DNA of 63,674 bases, filler included, from 5 parts of 5 records of this genome joined end to end with filler, not necessarily neighbours in it, one strand, 5' to 3'; counted from the first letter of the whole stretch, positions 10,736-20,158 are shown. Program-made: numbers and translations. The notes: generated from the letters alone by a model not told the origin.

Positions 10736-10764
10736 GCCCGGATGGTGAAATTGGTAGACACAAG
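10736..10764 (+). tRNA. tRNA-Leu, 5' part only (leuZ/TAA-like), cut by contig end
   Basis: GCCCGGATGGTGAAATTGGTAGACACAAG is a tRNA-Leu acceptor and D arm; the anticodon is not visible. Confidence 0.85.
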
Positions 10765-10864
10765 NNNNNNNNNNNNNNNNNNNNNNNNNNNNNNNNNNNN
10801 NNNNNNNNTTAATTAATTAANNNNNNNNNNNNNNNNNNNNNNNNNNNNNNNNNNNNNNNNNNNN
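10765..10864. other. Artificial contig spacer
   Basis: N-run, TTAATTAATTAA (stops in all frames), N-run; 100 nt. Confidence 0.99.
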
Positions 10865-11280
10865 GACTCCTCCGTTGAATCTTTGGGCCCACCCGTGTTC
10901 CCGCCACCTCCACCGAGGCTTTTCACACCCCACAAAACCCCGGAGCACAGTCAGGCCGTCCGCCATTTCTACGGATTCACTACCTTACCTGCTCCACTTC
11001 CTCCCCGTTTATTACTGGAATATCTGAGCGAATTAACGAGTCGAAGGGCCGCGCGCGCAGCCATGCTCGAATCCAAGCATAACAAACTTTTGCGGCTCTA
11101 CATTGCACAAAAACATCAACGGCCGAGGTTTACAGTTAAACGGCCCGTAAATCGCAGTTTGTGGCCAAAACTTGGGTGCGACACTCAATGGTTTCTGACG
11201 CACTTTTTGATCCGCGGCTGAGAACTCACGCGCGTGCGGTGCTCTGACTCACTGCATCCCTGGCGCTGCCACTATGAACG

Positions 11281-11483
11281 CTGCGCCCCTCGCCCTGCGG
11301 TGGCTGGCTGTTTGTTTTTGTTTGCCGCCGAACCCCAAGCCGCAAGACCATGAGTCCGTCAGTCTTTTAGCCACAGATTCAAATGCACCGATGTTTCAGC
11401 CTGCCACACAAAATTTAAGCTTCTAACCCGACGACAAACAAAAGAAAAAAACAAGCCACTGAATGGAATGAAGGGGCGAAGTG
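11281..11483. repeat. Degenerate ~200-bp element with inverted termini (copy 1)
   Basis: Left CGCCC..GGTGGCTGGCTGTTTGTTTTTGTTTG; right ACAAACAAAAGAAAAAAACAAGCCAC..GGGGCGAAGTG; related copies at 22.5, 34.0 and 38.7 kb. Confidence 0.6.
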
Positions 11484-11778
11484 ATGCAAGCGCAAAACAG
11501 CCTGCGTATCGATCATAATCGAGAACAATAAAACTTTCAATGAATCCCCTGCCGGGATCTATCCGTGAGACTACAAGCATGGTAAACACCCAGAATATAA
11601 AGTCTTCGGACGGCATATCAGTACTTAACCCTAGGTATTTTTACGTAAGATTTGCCCTCATCATCAACAAATAAGTTAATCCTTGGTGTTTGGTGAGTTT
11701 TTGGTGAGTCACTCACCGTAGATTGCAATCAGTTAAACGCAGAACAATTCTCTTCTACTACATATCGGAGCAATCCAA

Positions 11779-12552
11779 ATGCAATTCCCAAAATCTAAAC
11801 TCTACACCTGGATCCTTGTTTTAGCTGTCTGTGGTTTAAGCATGGGCGCCTGTAGCGACGAAAATACTATCGCGCCATCGGCCCCTGTAGTTAACACACC
11901 TGAAGCGGATGTTAACAGTCCTGAGATTCCGCTCAAAGGCAGTCAGGATCAAATCCTGAACGACTTGTATGCCAACTTCGACGAGCTTGAAGCCGCCGAA
12001 CCCAATGCTTTTGAAATCGAATCGCGTTCAAAATGGTCAAGAAAAATTGTGATTGCAATTCACGGTGGTGGCATTGAACAAGGTACGACGGAAATTGCCG
12101 ACGGCATCGCCCGCAACCGTCACGATTTTTATGCTTTTAACGGCGTAAAAAATAGTGGCAACTACGACCTGCACATTACCAGTACGAACTTCGACGAAGA
12201 CTTGTGTGTTGAAATGGTCGAAGATGCAAAAGTCTGTGTCTCTGTCCACGGATACAGCAGTTTAATTCCACGCGTTTATGTTGGTGGTCTGGACATCCTG
12301 CGCCGTGATCGTATTTACAATGCTCTGATTGACGCTGGATTTCCTGCTTCGTTAAACGCGCCAAACTACCTGGCCGGTACCAGCCCGAACAACATCTGCA
12401 ACAAGACGATCAAGAACAAAGGTGTACAGCTCGAAATTTCACGCGGATTACGCCTTGAGCTTATGACAAACTTGAGTGGCGCGCAAAACCGTGAGAATTC
12501 CAAAACTCCTGACTTTGCGTTGTTCTGCAAAACTGTTTATAAAGCAATGTAA
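11779..12552 (+). CDS. Poly-gamma-glutamate hydrolase family (PghP/DUF867) lipoprotein
   Basis: IAIHGGGIEQGT, LHITSTNFDE, SVHGY, GVQLEIS motifs; lipobox SMGA-C at residue 25; RBS GGAG. Confidence 0.85.
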   Translation: MQFPKSKLYTWILVLAVCGLSMGACSDENTIAPSAPVVNTPEADVNSPEIPLKGSQDQILNDLYANFDELEAAEPNAFEIESRSKWSRKIVIAIHGGGIEQGTTEIADGIARNRHDFYAFNGVKNSGNYDLHITSTNFDEDLCVEMVEDAKVCVSVHGYSSLIPRVYVGGLDILRRDRIYNALIDAGFPASLNAPNYLAGTSPNNICNKTIKNKGVQLEISRGLRLELMTNLSGAQNRENSKTPDFALFCKTVYKAM

Positions 12553-12600
12553 TTCTGCGCTCGCGTTTTACGATTCGAGATTGTGTTTGTTCGAAGTGAA

Positions 12601-12637
12601 GAGGCCTCCGGTACCTGGTATCGGTGGCTTTTTTTTA
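12601..12637 (+). terminator. Intrinsic terminator
   Basis: GCCTCCGGTACC-TGGTATCGGTGGC hairpin followed by a run of T. Confidence 0.8.
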
Positions 12638-12789
12638 TGTTTGGCATTGTTGCAGAATTCAGAAATCTCTAAACAAGGCTGAATGCAAAACTCGCCTGCG
12701 CGACGAAATCGCAGTTTCTGTGTCTGACTTCTGTAGCCTGGAAGTATGCCACCCCAAAATACACAATCACAAGCCAAGGATTCACCACA

Positions 12790-14004
12790 ATGTACAAGTT
12801 CCTAGCTTTCATAATCGCCCTGCTGCCGCTGCACCTGTATGCGCAGATTACACCTGAAGTCGAGCCGTATATGCTGGAGGTCCAACGCGCCGCGGCGGGC
12901 ACACACTCAGCCGTTTATGATGTCAGCGCGCGCTACAAAAAATTGATGCGTGCAGATACAAACAATTATGTGGGCCGATGCCGGCTGGTGCATGCACCAA
13001 ATGACACTTTGCTTGGCTACTATGCGCGTCTGGAATTCGAATTTAACGGCAAGGCTGTTGAGTATGTTTACACTGGAGACACTTTGTTCTGGATATATCA
13101 TTTTAACAAAAAGGCACATGCCTATGATCCGGTGATCCGGGGTGTCCGCTCCAGCACAAGTAGTGAGATTCTGAATTTGATCGTTGACAACGTCTTTAAA
13201 GGAGTTGAAATTCAACTCACAGCGGAAACCGAACAATTTGGCGCGTTAAAAGCCGGGCCAGATCAGGTTTCGCCTTCCCTGCTACGCTTTGACTGGACCT
13301 ACCATGAGCCCGAAAACCAACTCATACCAATTGTACACTCGACCACATGGTTTGACGATAAAAGTGGCAGCCCACTGAAGAAGGAAAGTTTTCATATTTT
13401 CCAACTGGACACTTCTTATGTAAGCTGGGAGGTTTCCAATCTACGCCGCAACGTACCAGGTCTTATCGATAGTATTCGCAATGTTAACATTCCGGCCGAC
13501 TACGAAATGGCTTATTCATTTGAGGCAAAGACAGCACAAAAACCACGCGAAGTCACACCGCTGCTGGCCGCAGGCAGCCAGGCTCCGCAGTTTAGCGGCG
13601 AATCAATCAACGGCACAACAATCAATGTTGATTTTAAAGCGGCAAAGTTGACACTGCTTGACTTTTGGTATTCAACCTGTGGCCCCTGCCTGTTGGCTTT
13701 GCCGAGCCTGCAAGAAATGCATCAGGATTACGGTAAACGCGGTTTGCAGATTGTGGGAGTTAACAGTCTTGAGAGCCGCTCAAAGGGATTCACACGACTC
13801 GAACAAGTGATTGCCAAGTCTGGGCTTACATATCCAACGTTGATGGTCGAGCGCGCCGTAGATGCCGACTATCATGTTACGGGATACCCAACAACTTATC
13901 TTGTAGACGAAGCCGGCCGGATAGTGCTGAGCGAGAGCGGGTATTCGGCGGAGGCCATGCTTGAAATTCGCGAAACAATTGAAGCTCACCTTGCAGAAGA
14001 CTAG
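12790..14004 (+). CDS. Exported TlpA/ResA-family thiol-disulfide oxidoreductase with large N-terminal domain (copy 1)
   Basis: Signal peptide; LLDFWYSTCGPC; GYPT cis-Pro loop. Confidence 0.88.
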   Translation: MYKFLAFIIALLPLHLYAQITPEVEPYMLEVQRAAAGTHSAVYDVSARYKKLMRADTNNYVGRCRLVHAPNDTLLGYYARLEFEFNGKAVEYVYTGDTLFWIYHFNKKAHAYDPVIRGVRSSTSSEILNLIVDNVFKGVEIQLTAETEQFGALKAGPDQVSPSLLRFDWTYHEPENQLIPIVHSTTWFDDKSGSPLKKESFHIFQLDTSYVSWEVSNLRRNVPGLIDSIRNVNIPADYEMAYSFEAKTAQKPREVTPLLAAGSQAPQFSGESINGTTINVDFKAAKLTLLDFWYSTCGPCLLALPSLQEMHQDYGKRGLQIVGVNSLESRSKGFTRLEQVIAKSGLTYPTLMVERAVDADYHVTGYPTTYLVDEAGRIVLSESGYSAEAMLEIRETIEAHLAED

Positions 14005-14201
14005 ATTCGCATATCAATTCGGGCCACACACAAATTGGACACAACTATCCGCAGAGAGTCCAGTAGCCCTTCACAAAAGGTGCCCTGGACTCGGCAAAAC
14101 CCACGACTCTGAACCTGGAGTGATTAAGGCCGCGCTGCAGCACTGTTCATCTTACAGCCACAAGATGTTCGTTTTTCATACAAACCTCTGGAGTACTGAA
14201 C

Positions 14202-15539
14202 ATGTTCAGACTTGCATTGACGTTCTGCGGCGTCATCACTTTTGCATTGTTGACTCAGGTCGTGAGAATGGCGGCACAGGCCGGCCCGACTTCCGAAGAG
14301 ACCGCAAAAATCGGTCCATTTAATCACGAGACTTTCGGCCCCTCCGACCAGCGCAATCACCGCGAACTGGGAACTTTTGAACGCGCATCACAAAGCGCCG
14401 CCTCAAATGTAGACTCGGTTAAGTACGACTTTAACATGTTATTTAAACCGCTGGTGTCACCTGACACAGTCAGAATCACCGGTTCGGCACTGATTGTGCG
14501 CGCACCGGAGGACAGCATTTACAACAAACACTTCCGGCTGAACTACACACATGCCGGCAAGCACATCGAATTCCTGTACAATGGCGGCGACACAGTTTTA
14601 ACACTTCTACACTACAAAAAGACGGCGTTTTTGGTAAAACGCCTCAGATCAAACGTACGTTTCACGAACCGTGAGGCCAACCATGATGCGATAGTTCAGG
14701 AGCTCTTTGACGGCTTGCGACTTGAAAACATCTACCTGCCAATTAACACTTTTGAAGTCCGGAATCCTGCGCCGCCGCCAAACGATTCAGACTGGCAGGA
14801 ATCCGCCATCACCAGCCTGACACTGCAGGCGGGGAGTCTGTTCAACAAGTCTGAAGCCGGCAAGAATAGCACATGGTGGTTTAACAGTACAAGCCTGCAG
14901 CCCTTCCGCAAAGAGACGAAGTCTCAAGACCTTAACCTCGAAAGTTACCGGATGATTGAGCTCTCAAATGTTAAGATCAACCCCGCAGAGGCTCTTAGCC
15001 CCCAGATTAACAACTACCAGATTCCGGAGGGTTATGAGGTGCAGGACTTCATCAACATGAGTCCAAAGCCGCGCAAAGCCAGACCCAAATTGCTCCAGCC
15101 CGGAGTTGACGCGCCGGTGTTTAATGGCGCGCTTCTGGATGGCGGAGACTTTACTTTACAACCCGGCCAGGGCAAAGTCTATCTGCTCGATTTCTGGTTT
15201 GTTAATTGTCCGCCCTGCCACAGAGCCACGCCATACCTCAAACAATTGCAAGAAGACTTCGGCGCGCAGGGTTTGCAGGTTGTGGGCGTCAACCGCACCG
15301 ACAATAGCGAAAGCGGCAAACGCCTGATGCAGCACATCGTTAATGTGAATAAGATCACGTATCCACAGGTGCTGGGAACGCATGCGATAGATTCGCTCTA
15401 CGGCGTCAGCGGATATCCCACCCTGGTGTTAATCAACAAACAGGGGAAAGTTCAGCTGGCATTCAGTGGATTCTCTGAAGGCCAGATGCAAGGCCTGCGT
15501 GACGCCATCGCAAACAATTTGCAGGACTCAGGTCGTTAA
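14202..15539 (+). CDS. Exported TlpA-family oxidoreductase with large N-terminal domain (copy 2)
   Basis: Signal peptide; LLDFWFVNCPPC; GYPT. Confidence 0.88.
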   Translation: MFRLALTFCGVITFALLTQVVRMAAQAGPTSEETAKIGPFNHETFGPSDQRNHRELGTFERASQSAASNVDSVKYDFNMLFKPLVSPDTVRITGSALIVRAPEDSIYNKHFRLNYTHAGKHIEFLYNGGDTVLTLLHYKKTAFLVKRLRSNVRFTNREANHDAIVQELFDGLRLENIYLPINTFEVRNPAPPPNDSDWQESAITSLTLQAGSLFNKSEAGKNSTWWFNSTSLQPFRKETKSQDLNLESYRMIELSNVKINPAEALSPQINNYQIPEGYEVQDFINMSPKPRKARPKLLQPGVDAPVFNGALLDGGDFTLQPGQGKVYLLDFWFVNCPPCHRATPYLKQLQEDFGAQGLQVVGVNRTDNSESGKRLMQHIVNVNKITYPQVLGTHAIDSLYGVSGYPTLVLINKQGKVQLAFSGFSEGQMQGLRDAIANNLQDSGR

Positions 15540-15669
15540 GAAAGTTGACTGTACAAGCACATAATCCGGCCCAAATGCAAACAGGCTATTTGATACAAAC
15601 TGAAAACGTATTAATATCAAGCTATAAGCCACATTTATATGAACTTTTTGCGACCATAGGTAATCCATC

Positions 15670-16968
15670 ATGCTAAAGTCTCTTTACGTGTTTCCAGTTA
15701 TATGGCTCCTGACATTGTGCCATGCCGCCGCCGCGCATGCTGATCAAGCGGCCGGCGAAGTGGCCGGTCAAGGAGCAGACCAAGCAGCCGAAACACTGCT
15801 AACCAGGATAAACGAGGCAGGCACCAAGGTCAACTCTGCACAATTTGACATCCACTATCGCAGTAAACGGATTTCACGAACAGATACGGCGGACTTCTTC
15901 GGCAGTTATCAGTTCGTTCTTGTCCCGGAAGACACGATCGTGGGGCGTCACTTCCGCTACGAATACTTCCGCAAGGGAGCACACCGCGAGCTGATCTATG
16001 CCGGCGATACTCTCTGGGTGTTTAATCACAGCACACGATCCGTGGACATTATTAATCCGCATGTGCGCGAATATTGGGAATTAAATTCTCTGCACCATGA
16101 AATCATGTCATACCCTGAGCTGCGCGGCTTTAAGAAAATTGGCAACGAGATTACGAGTGACACCCTGTTCATGCGGCCGGGCCCGACTCCAGCCGAGGAC
16201 AACGCCATGAGCCAGGACTTAAATACGTATCACTATCTGAGATACGACTCTCACTTCAAAGGGCCCGACTACGAGATAATCTCACAAACAAACTTAAAAG
16301 TAGACAGTGCAACATTGCGAATTACGCGAATTGAGGCGGAACGACAAGCCTTTGGTGACTTCCAGTACGACTGCGCCATTTTCTCCAATATTCACACTAA
16401 TTTAACGGAAATCGCCGCAAATATTCGCGACTTCAGTATCCCGGCCGGCTATTCAGTTAAGTATTTAATGGATCCACTTGCCCCCAAACCCGCGAGTGAA
16501 CGCCCGCCGCTGCTGGCCAAAGGCAAACCAGCACCGCAGTTCAGTGGCACTCTCCTCGACGGCAGCGACTTCACATTTGATGCATCGCGTCAAGAGGACA
16601 GTGACACAAAATTATTCCTGCTCGACTTTTGGTACATTAACTGCGGCCCCTGCCAAATGGCAATGCCGCACCTGCAAAATTTGCATAGCGAACTTCGGGA
16701 AGAAGGACTGCATGTAATTGGAATGAATCACACAGATGTCACCAAAAAGAGTAAACCCAAGCTGCGCAAGTTTCTGCAGAAACGCGAGTTCGATTACACC
16801 CAAGTGTTGATTGAACCTGACGTCGCCAAAGAGTACAGCGTACATGCCTACCCCACGCTTTACCTGGTCAATACTCAGGGTAAAGTTGTGTATGCTGAAG
16901 CAGGATTTTCAAAAATGGCGATGGATCAATTAGCAGATTTCATCAAAGACTATCTTAAACAGCATTAA
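15670..16968 (+). CDS. Exported TlpA-family oxidoreductase with large N-terminal domain (copy 3)
   Basis: Signal peptide ending AHA; LLDFWYINCGPC; AYPT. Confidence 0.88.
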   Translation: MLKSLYVFPVIWLLTLCHAAAAHADQAAGEVAGQGADQAAETLLTRINEAGTKVNSAQFDIHYRSKRISRTDTADFFGSYQFVLVPEDTIVGRHFRYEYFRKGAHRELIYAGDTLWVFNHSTRSVDIINPHVREYWELNSLHHEIMSYPELRGFKKIGNEITSDTLFMRPGPTPAEDNAMSQDLNTYHYLRYDSHFKGPDYEIISQTNLKVDSATLRITRIEAERQAFGDFQYDCAIFSNIHTNLTEIAANIRDFSIPAGYSVKYLMDPLAPKPASERPPLLAKGKPAPQFSGTLLDGSDFTFDASRQEDSDTKLFLLDFWYINCGPCQMAMPHLQNLHSELREEGLHVIGMNHTDVTKKSKPKLRKFLQKREFDYTQVLIEPDVAKEYSVHAYPTLYLVNTQGKVVYAEAGFSKMAMDQLADFIKDYLKQH

Positions 16969-17077
16969 ACTGCGGCAGCCGGGCTTCAATGATGTAGCTG
17001 CGCAGTCCTTAACAACATAACGACGCGCCAGACCTTGCAAATTTGTGCTGATTGATCTAATGTGGAAACAATGTGAT

Positions 17078-18346
17078 ATGACAATAGCTCCCGCCAGGTT
17101 CAGACCAATATTTCTTTTACTATGCCTTTGCATTACAATGCCGGATGCCGTTGCAGATCAAAGAGCTGAAGCGCTCCTGCAACAAATCAACGCAGCTGGT
17201 GCAACAGTGACTTCAGCGCAGTTTGACGTGCACTATCGCCACAAGAACATGGCAAAAACCGATACCGTAGACTATTTCGGGAGTTACATGTTGCTGCCCG
17301 TGCCGGAAGACACGATAATGGGCCGGCACTTCCGGCTGAAGTATTTCCACAATGGTGTATATCGTGAAGACATTTTTACAGGCGACACACTCTGGTTATT
17401 CGATCACAGCAAGCGCTCAGTTGAAATTCTGAATCCACATGTTCGCAACATCTGGATGCTGCGCATGCCACGGCATGAATACATGGCACATCCGGAGTTA
17501 CTACAAATCAATCGGCAGCAGATAGAGGGCGGCAGAGATACGATTTACTTCAGGCAGAAGCTTGAGCCCGCAGAACAAGAACAACTTCTTAGTGATGACA
17601 AGGCTTACCACTACCTGAAGTTCGAGGCCTCTTTCAAAAGTGAGGACTACGAATCGCAGCGCCACTTTAACTTTAAGGTCGATAGCGCAACCCTGCAGGT
17701 CACGCGCATGGAAAGCACAGCGCACTGGTACGGTCAGGTCCAGTACGATTGTGTTAACATCACCAATATCCACACTAACCTGCCGGAAATCGCCGAGAAT
17801 ATTCGCGACGTGCGGATCCCCGCAGGTTATGCTGTGAAGTATTCAATGGACGCGCCGGCACCCACGCCCGAAAAGAAAACAGAGCCCTTGCTGGCCGAGG
17901 GGGAACTCGTGCCCGAATTTGACGGCACGCTGCCGGACGGCACGGAATTCAGGTTCGATGTGCCGGCAGATAAGTCGAGCATGGCCAAGCTCTTCCTGTT
18001 TGACTTTTGGTATGTCAACTGTGGCCCCTGCCAGATGGCCATGCCATATCTGCAAAAAATGCATACTGAATTCTATGATGCCGGATTACATATTATCGGA
18101 TTAAATCATCACGATGTTGCGGACGAGAGCAAAAAGAACATGCTGCAGGTCCTGGAAACAAAAAAGTACGATTACCAGCAGGTGCTTATCGCTCCCGCCG
18201 TGGCAAAGAAATACCGTGTCAACTCATATCCGACGATGTATCTGGTCAACTCCAAGGGCGAGATCATTCATGCCCACAGTGGCTTTTGGGCGCCGTCACT
18301 TAAACGGCTCAAAGAATTCATCGGAGATTACCTTAAACAACACTAA
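17078..18346 (+). CDS. Exported TlpA-family oxidoreductase with large N-terminal domain (copy 4)
   Basis: Signal peptide from MTIAP; LFDFWYVNCGPC; SYPT; closest to copy 3 (both end DYLKQH). Confidence 0.88.
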   Translation: MTIAPARFRPIFLLLCLCITMPDAVADQRAEALLQQINAAGATVTSAQFDVHYRHKNMAKTDTVDYFGSYMLLPVPEDTIMGRHFRLKYFHNGVYREDIFTGDTLWLFDHSKRSVEILNPHVRNIWMLRMPRHEYMAHPELLQINRQQIEGGRDTIYFRQKLEPAEQEQLLSDDKAYHYLKFEASFKSEDYESQRHFNFKVDSATLQVTRMESTAHWYGQVQYDCVNITNIHTNLPEIAENIRDVRIPAGYAVKYSMDAPAPTPEKKTEPLLAEGELVPEFDGTLPDGTEFRFDVPADKSSMAKLFLFDFWYVNCGPCQMAMPYLQKMHTEFYDAGLHIIGLNHHDVADESKKNMLQVLETKKYDYQQVLIAPAVAKKYRVNSYPTMYLVNSKGEIIHAHSGFWAPSLKRLKEFIGDYLKQH

Positions 18347-18384
18347 ACACTGCCGGCTGAGCCCGATTTCGCAATGAGACTTAA

Positions 18385-18429
18385 CAAAAAAACGGCGCAT
18401 GTTTGAGTTAAACTCTTACATGCGCCGTT
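18385..18429 (-). terminator. Intrinsic terminator between the thioredoxin array and the peroxidase gene
   Basis: AACGGCGCATGT..ACATGCGCCGTT 12-bp stem with an A-tract on the left (U-tail on the minus strand). Confidence 0.8.
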
Positions 18430-18620
18430 GCGACAGTCTGGCCGTTGGAGACCTTATGCGGCTGTAATGGGAGACGGTGGGCGCGCGTCGTAACGGTATG
18501 ACCTTTCTTCAGGAGGGCCGCACTGCCCCTTATACCTGAAAGTGTCCCTGGAAAGACGCCGCCTACATGCGGGGGTACGCTTAACAATTTTGCATCATTG
18601 ACTCAACTTCACTACGGGCC

Positions 18621-20024
18621 TCAGGGCATCCAGACAAGCTGGCGTTGGAACTGCTCATCACCTACGTGCAGCACCAGCAGATAACTTCCAGCCGGAAGGT
18701 TCTGTCCGTTCGGCGTGCGCCCGCTCCAGCTAACAGCCTGTGAGCCACTGAAACTGTTAGCCTGGAACAATTCAGAGATGAGCCCGCCGCGAATGTCTCG
18801 CAGCTCAAGGCGTACATCGGCGACGTCTACAACGTTAAAGCCAAAAGTGCTTTGCGCGTTGGCCGGGTTCGGATACGGTGCGTCCAACGAAGCGCTGTGC
18901 GCCGACATCATGCCGGAGTTAACACTGGTAATCGGCGAACCCGTAAATGGATCACTGAACTTAGGATCCTGCAGAAACTCATTGTCTGTTAATGTCAGCA
19001 GAAATGCCATCAGGTTGGATTTTTGGTCTTCGGTAAAGTCAAATCCACCCGGCGGAATTCCTGGAACGCCACCACCAGGGCCGCGCACGCCGCTGCTGTA
19101 GTGTTCAATTACTTCGTCAAGCGTTTCAAAGCGGCCATCATGCATATATGGACCAGTCAATTCAATGTTGCGCAGTGACACAGATTTGAACTCGTTGAAG
19201 TCGCCCTGATTACCTGTCACATCATACTTGCCGTGATCATCGCCATAGTCTCCCAGGCCATTCGCCCGCGACCCCGGACTGACGATCAGTGGCCCGGTGT
19301 GGCAGCGGCTGCATGCCTGAGTGAACAAGGTTTTCCCCGTGTTTTCAGCCTGTGAGAAATTCGGAAATGGATCGCGCTGGTTACGTACCGAGGCCAGGCC
19401 TTCGTCATAACGCGACTGGTAGGAAACCATTGAGCGCATGAACTGTGCCAGGGCCAGCGAAATCCGCTCGCTGCTTACTTCTGGGCTGCCAAATGCGGCG
19501 TCGAACAGCTCAGGGTAGTACGACACGCCGTCCAGTTTGTCTTCCAGACCTTCCAGCGTCATGCCCATCTCAATCGGATCCTGGATCGGCATCAGTACCT
19601 GCTCCTCAATCGTAGCGGCACGTTCGTCCCAGAAGAATCCGCCGCCGTCATAGGCCAGGTTGGCCGTGGCCATCGAATTACGTCCCGTCAGGCCGCCTTC
19701 AAAACCTTCACTGAAGGTTTCACCATCCACAAAAGCTTTGGCCTGATCGTGACAGGAAGCGCAGGACACCGTATTGTTCGCCGAAAGATTTTTGTCATAG
19801 AACAGTACCCGGCCCAGAGTAGCTCCGGCGTCCGTAACCGGATTGTTGCCCGGTGTATTGGTCCGCGCTACTACAAAGTGGCGCGGCAGATCCGGGTTCG
19901 CATAATTATAGGACTCTTCCGGAAGTTCCAAGAGCTGTGCCGAGCTTTGCGTGGGTACTGCAATGCTCAGGACTGCTGCGCCGGCAGCAGTCGCAATCGA
20001 TGTCATAAGTTTTCGGCAGTTCAT
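18621..20024 (-). CDS. Di-haem cytochrome c peroxidase/MauG family protein with C-terminal T9SS/FlgD-Ig-like domain
   Basis: LGRVLFYDKNLS, CASCH, FFWDERA, CSRCH, SLRNIELTGPYMHDG; C-terminal YPNP..WSGR..G..LPAGSY. Confidence 0.9.
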   Translation of the reverse strand: MNCRKLMTSIATAAGAAVLSIAVPTQSSAQLLELPEESYNYANPDLPRHFVVARTNTPGNNPVTDAGATLGRVLFYDKNLSANNTVSCASCHDQAKAFVDGETFSEGFEGGLTGRNSMATANLAYDGGGFFWDERAATIEEQVLMPIQDPIEMGMTLEGLEDKLDGVSYYPELFDAAFGSPEVSSERISLALAQFMRSMVSYQSRYDEGLASVRNQRDPFPNFSQAENTGKTLFTQACSRCHTGPLIVSPGSRANGLGDYGDDHGKYDVTGNQGDFNEFKSVSLRNIELTGPYMHDGRFETLDEVIEHYSSGVRGPGGGVPGIPPGGFDFTEDQKSNLMAFLLTLTDNEFLQDPKFSDPFTGSPITSVNSGMMSAHSASLDAPYPNPANAQSTFGFNVVDVADVRLELRDIRGGLISELFQANSFSGSQAVSWSGRTPNGQNLPAGSYLLVLHVGDEQFQRQLVWMP

Positions 20025-20158
20025 AATATCCTCGCATTCAACGTGTTGCCGATTAGTAGTTTTCTCGTGTCAGCAGAAATGCAGGTACTTCGGCATTTGT
20101 TACGAGAATATGTTTTGCGGCCAAAAAAGCCATGCCATGCCTCGCCGGATTATGGCGC

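Noticed and set aside
10809-10820. TTAATTAATTAA palindrome repeated four times in the window
   Set aside because: Artificial linker inside N-runs; ORFs ending in X..LIN are artefacts of it
10883-11616. Short ORFs 10883-11221 and 11359-11616
   Set aside because: They run through repeat-derived and promoter DNA with no RBS or protein-like features
18500-18560. Glycine riboswitch (CTTTCAGGT and CTGGAAAGA words)
   Set aside because: The two words lie on opposite strands, the CCGAAG core is missing, and the site is downstream of convergent genes
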